Both the position numbers and the translations under genes were made by a program. A stretch of 64,000 nt of DNA from Marsupella aquatica. Its lineage: Eukaryota; Plantae; Marchantiophyta. The stretch covers positions 19,727,869 to 19,791,868 of the forward strand of contig OZ316892.1 of assembly GCA_973895155.1 (NCBI GenBank), in the 5' to 3' direction. The notes under the pieces are model-generated. The model was not told where the DNA came from and did no database searches. It worked only from the letters and a program-made list of their open reading frames with translations. This document shows positions 60,051 to 64,000 of this stretch, piece after piece. The number at the start of each line of letters is the position of its first letter. The stretch's first letter is position 1.

Positions 60051-63000
60051 GGGGTAAATTGTGTGTAAACACTTTCAATAACAATGTGGTTCCAAACTCT
60101 CACATGTATTCTAGTGCTAGTACCATCACCTAGTCTTGAGTGATAAATGACATAAATGTTGTAATTTACAAATAACTGACAATCAAGTAAGGGACAGAGA
60201 TCTTGTAAATACCACTACAGATCATGTCATACCGGATTCTCACCAAAGTGCAGTAACAATGTCACCAACATTTTAGTGATAGACTGCTGAAACCACTGGC
60301 AAAGAGGTAGTGGGTTTTTGAGGGCTGGCAAAAGCACTTTGAATGTGGTGGTTTGGTTCCCCATTTTTGTGATACAATAATTATAGTTTCTTTTTAACTA
60401 CTTGCAATCAAGTAAGTAGTGGGGTGTTTTTTAGGATTGGCCAAAACCACTTTGGATGTGATGGTTCCCAAGGATTATACCTGCAAGACTACATATATAC
60501 CACTTAACATTGACAAAAAACATAGTGATTGAAGGTCGGAGTGGATAATTAAATTACCAGAGAAGTTAAGTGAATGGTGCCAAGGGATAATAATATATCC
60601 AGAGAATATGATAGCAATTTAAATGAAGTACAGGGTTTAGGGCACGTAGAAGCGAGGGGTTTTCGGATGGTTTATGTAACTCTCAACTGAGTGTCATAGA
60701 AAAAGTATTGTTTGGTGGCCTGGCACCACCTACATTTCTTCTCAAGCTTTGTGTGATTTACACACTTTAAAGGAGTACTAGGGTATTAAAATTGGTAATA
60801 GGCAAAAAGTGATAGCTCATTGGGTACTCTATAAAATAAAATGTGGGTTTAGGACAAATGTTTGAATTGGCATTAGTCAGACTCGTATTAGATCATTTCA
60901 TTAATGACACAAAAAAGTCCATATGGATGATGTCATTTTTCACACAAAGAAAGTCTAGTGCATGCGACAATACTTACTAGTACCTAATTATACCACCTAA
61001 TATTGTTGGTGGCAAATTGGAAATTATTGGTTTTTTGCTATACATTGAGAGGGCAGAGTTGTCATGACTTAGCACTTATTTTGTGGGGTTACACAATGCT
61101 TGGCTGGAGTGTAATTTAGACACTTGAAGTAGAGGGATTGGGGGCCTTGGCTTAACATCAAATTCAGCCTCATTGATGGTTGAGATCACTCAAGGCAGTC
61201 TCATTTCATCCGGACGGCTGAGATCACTCTAGGGGCCGGCTGACATGTCAGTTAGGTTCGCGCCAAATGGCTCTTTGCACCCTTTGCACCCGCGGGCTTG
61301 TGAGTCAAGTTTTATTTTTCCCACAAACTATCGAGACTCAACGTTGAATGTTGCGTTTGTGTCTGCCACAAAGCGTTTAGGGCGAGGGAGTCGAGGGGTT
61401 TAGCCCCGGGTTTAGCCCCGGGTTTAGCAAAGTTGCACTTTTGTTTTGCCCAGAGAGTTTGCAATCAGCTCAAGGCTCGTGGAGCTGCGGGAGTGTTGTG
61501 CAGTGTGCTGCGGGAGGGCTGTGCAGGAGTGTTGTGCTGTGCGGAGCTGTGCGTCCAAGCTAGCTCACTGTTATCCGATTGAGCTGGGGTCGGTTATCAT
61601 TCTTCTCGGCAGTGGGTCACGGAGATTTGCGCAGGCCAGGAGTGTTGTGTTGTGCAGTGTGCTGCGGGAGTGCTTTGCGGAGCGCTGCGGGAGGGCTACG
61701 CAGGAGTGTTGTGTTGCAGTAGCGTTGTTGTGCGGAGCTACAAGCTATTGAGCGAGCTACGGGCTTTGATAGAGTTCTCAATCATTGCAAGCTGCGATTT
61801 AGGGTCTGCCGACTGTGAGCTGGTACTTCATTGAGTTGAGCTTCAACCTGGGTAACACTTTTTCCAAACGGGAGTTGGATCTGCAGGCAGTCTAGGTCTG
61901 AATGTGGTCTGTTGCCTTGTGAGAATGTGAGACTGTGAGCTCACCGCTGCAGAATTCTTTCTTTTGCTGATGAACTCATTGGGCTTCGCCTCTCCAATCG
62001 CTGCCCTAGCTGCACGAGGTCATGGCTGCGGGATCCATCGGGCTTCGGCTCCTCCAATCGCTGCCCAACTGTACTTGATGTCATTGAGCGAGCGGCAGCC
62101 AGCCCCAACTTGGGTTCATTTTGTGAAGACTTACGGTAACTCCTCTCACTTCCGTTGATTGCAAAAACCTTCGATCCTTAGCTATATTAGGGAGCTTCTT
62201 GCATATTCTCTCACTGAGGAGGTTGTGCAAGGGTTATCAATTGCAACTGAGCCTGGGATGTGCGCATGCTGTTGTTGCATCTGATTGAGCTGGTAAGTTG
62301 CTGTCTTCGATTGAGCTGGTAAGTTGCTGTCTCCGATTGAGTTTGACTGTTTGGGCTGCGCTGACATTGCTGCTTTGGGCATCTGAGATGCGACTTGCAG
62401 TTTGAGGAGCCGCAACAACATTAGTTGTAGGAGGCTCAGACGACTTGACATGCGACTTGCAGTTTTAGGAGGTGCAGCAAGATCAGTTTCAGGAAGTGAC
62501 TTGAGATGTGACTTGCTGCTGCTGATCAAGTTTGAGTAACAGTGAGTTAAAATTCTGTTGCAACCTTTGATTTGGGCTACACTTGTAATGCTGCAAGATT
62601 TGAGGTGAACTCAATTGACGCCTGCCAACTGTTACGACGGTAAGTTCACTTGCGCTGCAAGTTGCTGTGAGTTTTATTAGCTAGAACTTCATTAAAATTT
62701 GTTATATAGGTGTTTGAGTGATCAGCGATCGACTTGCTAGGTTTGAGAGCTGGGATTGAGGTGCAAATTTGAGAGTTGGGAGTGAGGTACGAGTTTGAGG
62801 GCCACTGCAAGTTTGAGAGGCAAGACTCAGCTACAACTTTGAGAGCCAGGATTCGATCAGCTGCAAGTTAGTGGCGGTCAAGAGCAAGGTTTAGGTTGCT
62901 AGCTACTCCGCTTTGTTGCTTGGGCTTCAGAATCTCATCCTCTGTACCTATAGGCTATTTTGGATTCCCATCATCCGTGTCATTGCCTTCTTCTCTGCAG

Positions 63001-63084
63001 TTTTGCTCATTGTATGGACTACCCCTATCCCTCGTTGGTGGATGGCCGTGTTCACCAGAATTCCTGTCAAAATCCTCTCTTTAA

Positions 63085-63180
63085 GGTCACATATTGCTGG
63101 TCTGTAAGGCTTATAGAAGCATACTGGTCACACATTGCTGGTCTGTAAGGCTTACAGAAGCATACTGGTCACATATTGCT
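63085..63180. repeat. ~41-bp tandem repeat (about 2.3 copies)
   Basis: GGTCACAYATTGCTGGTCTGTAAGGCTTAYAGAAGCATACT. Confidence 0.75.
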
Positions 63181-63192
63181 TGTTGTGCTATA

Positions 63193-64000
63193 GGGTATAA
63201 CCAGGTGCCGTGCTAGCAAATAGTAAATAGATATTCTCATACAAGCCAATTTTGCCTCGTACAAGCAAAATTTTGTCTCGTATGAGTAAACAAGTTTCTC
63301 GTATGAGCATATCTATTTACTCGTACGAGTTTCTGTTTTCTTGTATGAGTTTCTGTTTTCTTGTATGAGTATTTTTTTTTCTTGTATGCATTTTAGTTTC
63401 TTCTCTTCACGGTCCATATATGCAATAAATGTGCGGACAATATTATGGCGGGTCCCATCATTGTACAACATCAGAGGAAATTTCTTGACGATTTCACACA
63501 AGGACTCCAATATATTGCCACAAAATATGAAGTCGAAACAAAGTCATACAATACTAGCGCCCGACGCTAGTATAGTATTATACAAAAAAACAACACTTTA
63601 AGAACTCACACTTCTGCCCATTAGAAAAGACAAACTACAATTGTAGCTGTTCAACGATCAAGCAACAGTCTACGTTCTCGTTCCCAACTGCCTATCAAGT
63701 ATGTAACGGACTTCTCCCAACGTTAGAATTGGTTGGCTACATAATGTCGATTCGAGCACATCCAGTTTGAACACATTCTTGAACACCCAATACACATGTT
63801 TGCAAGGCATGTAAGGCTTCCGATAAGTATGCCGACGGTAGAAATCCTCGCAAGAGCAACATGGGAAACAACATATCTGAACCCAATAAGAGGCGACTGA
63901 TCTCTCATGTTCATGGGTCCGGATACAAAACTGTTTCCCCGACGCATTTCCACTCGTGATCTCTCTCTCTCTCCAATGACGCTCATCACTTCTTTTTCAG
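63193..64000. mobile_element. Left end of a second copy of the Mutator-like element, cut off by the window
   Basis: Highly similar to 41161-~41970, including the TIR, subterminal repeats, the palindrome at 63555 and SWIM-coding sequence. Confidence 0.93.

Noticed and set aside
61395-61430. GGGTTTAGCCCC repeats as interstitial telomere
   Set aside because: Only about 3 units, and they do not match tandem TTTAGGG.

Overview
Eukaryotic, intron-containing DNA that looks like a non-seed land plant (bryophyte-like; this is inference). The first ~22 kb is host-gene territory: an F-box/kelch gene, a tandem duplication with two damaged SKP1-like genes, small TIR elements, and a secreted L-gulonolactone-oxidase-like FAD oxidase. 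Next is a complete Ty1/copia retrotransposon with identical LTRs (23008-29313) and a truncated LTR element whose LTR is a hairpin. The main result is a pair of nested DNA transposons. An 11.1-kb Mutator-like element (41161-52262; 9-bp TSD CGCCTCAGG, imperfect TIRs) has inserted into the transposase of a larger Sola/DUF7869-like element (~30600-55350). The two transposases are unrelated, yet each element carries a divergently transcribed, spliced gene fusing a ParB/Srx-like domain to a prokaryote-type beta-class N6/N4 DNA methyltransferase fold. In the outer element this gene continues into Ulp1 SUMO-protease and NIF/FCP1 phosphatase domains. Each element also carries about 17-18 copies of its own palindrome, almost all in introns or intergenic DNA: TAGCGCCNGGCGCTA (inner) and CTACRCGAGNCTCGYGTAG (outer). 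This suggests a parS/ParB-like self-recognition or anti-silencing system; function is a hypothesis. Both copies here carry stops and frameshifts. The window ends with a ~705-bp tandem array and the left end of a second copy of the Mutator-like element. Domain calls are from motif recognition by eye; no searches were run.
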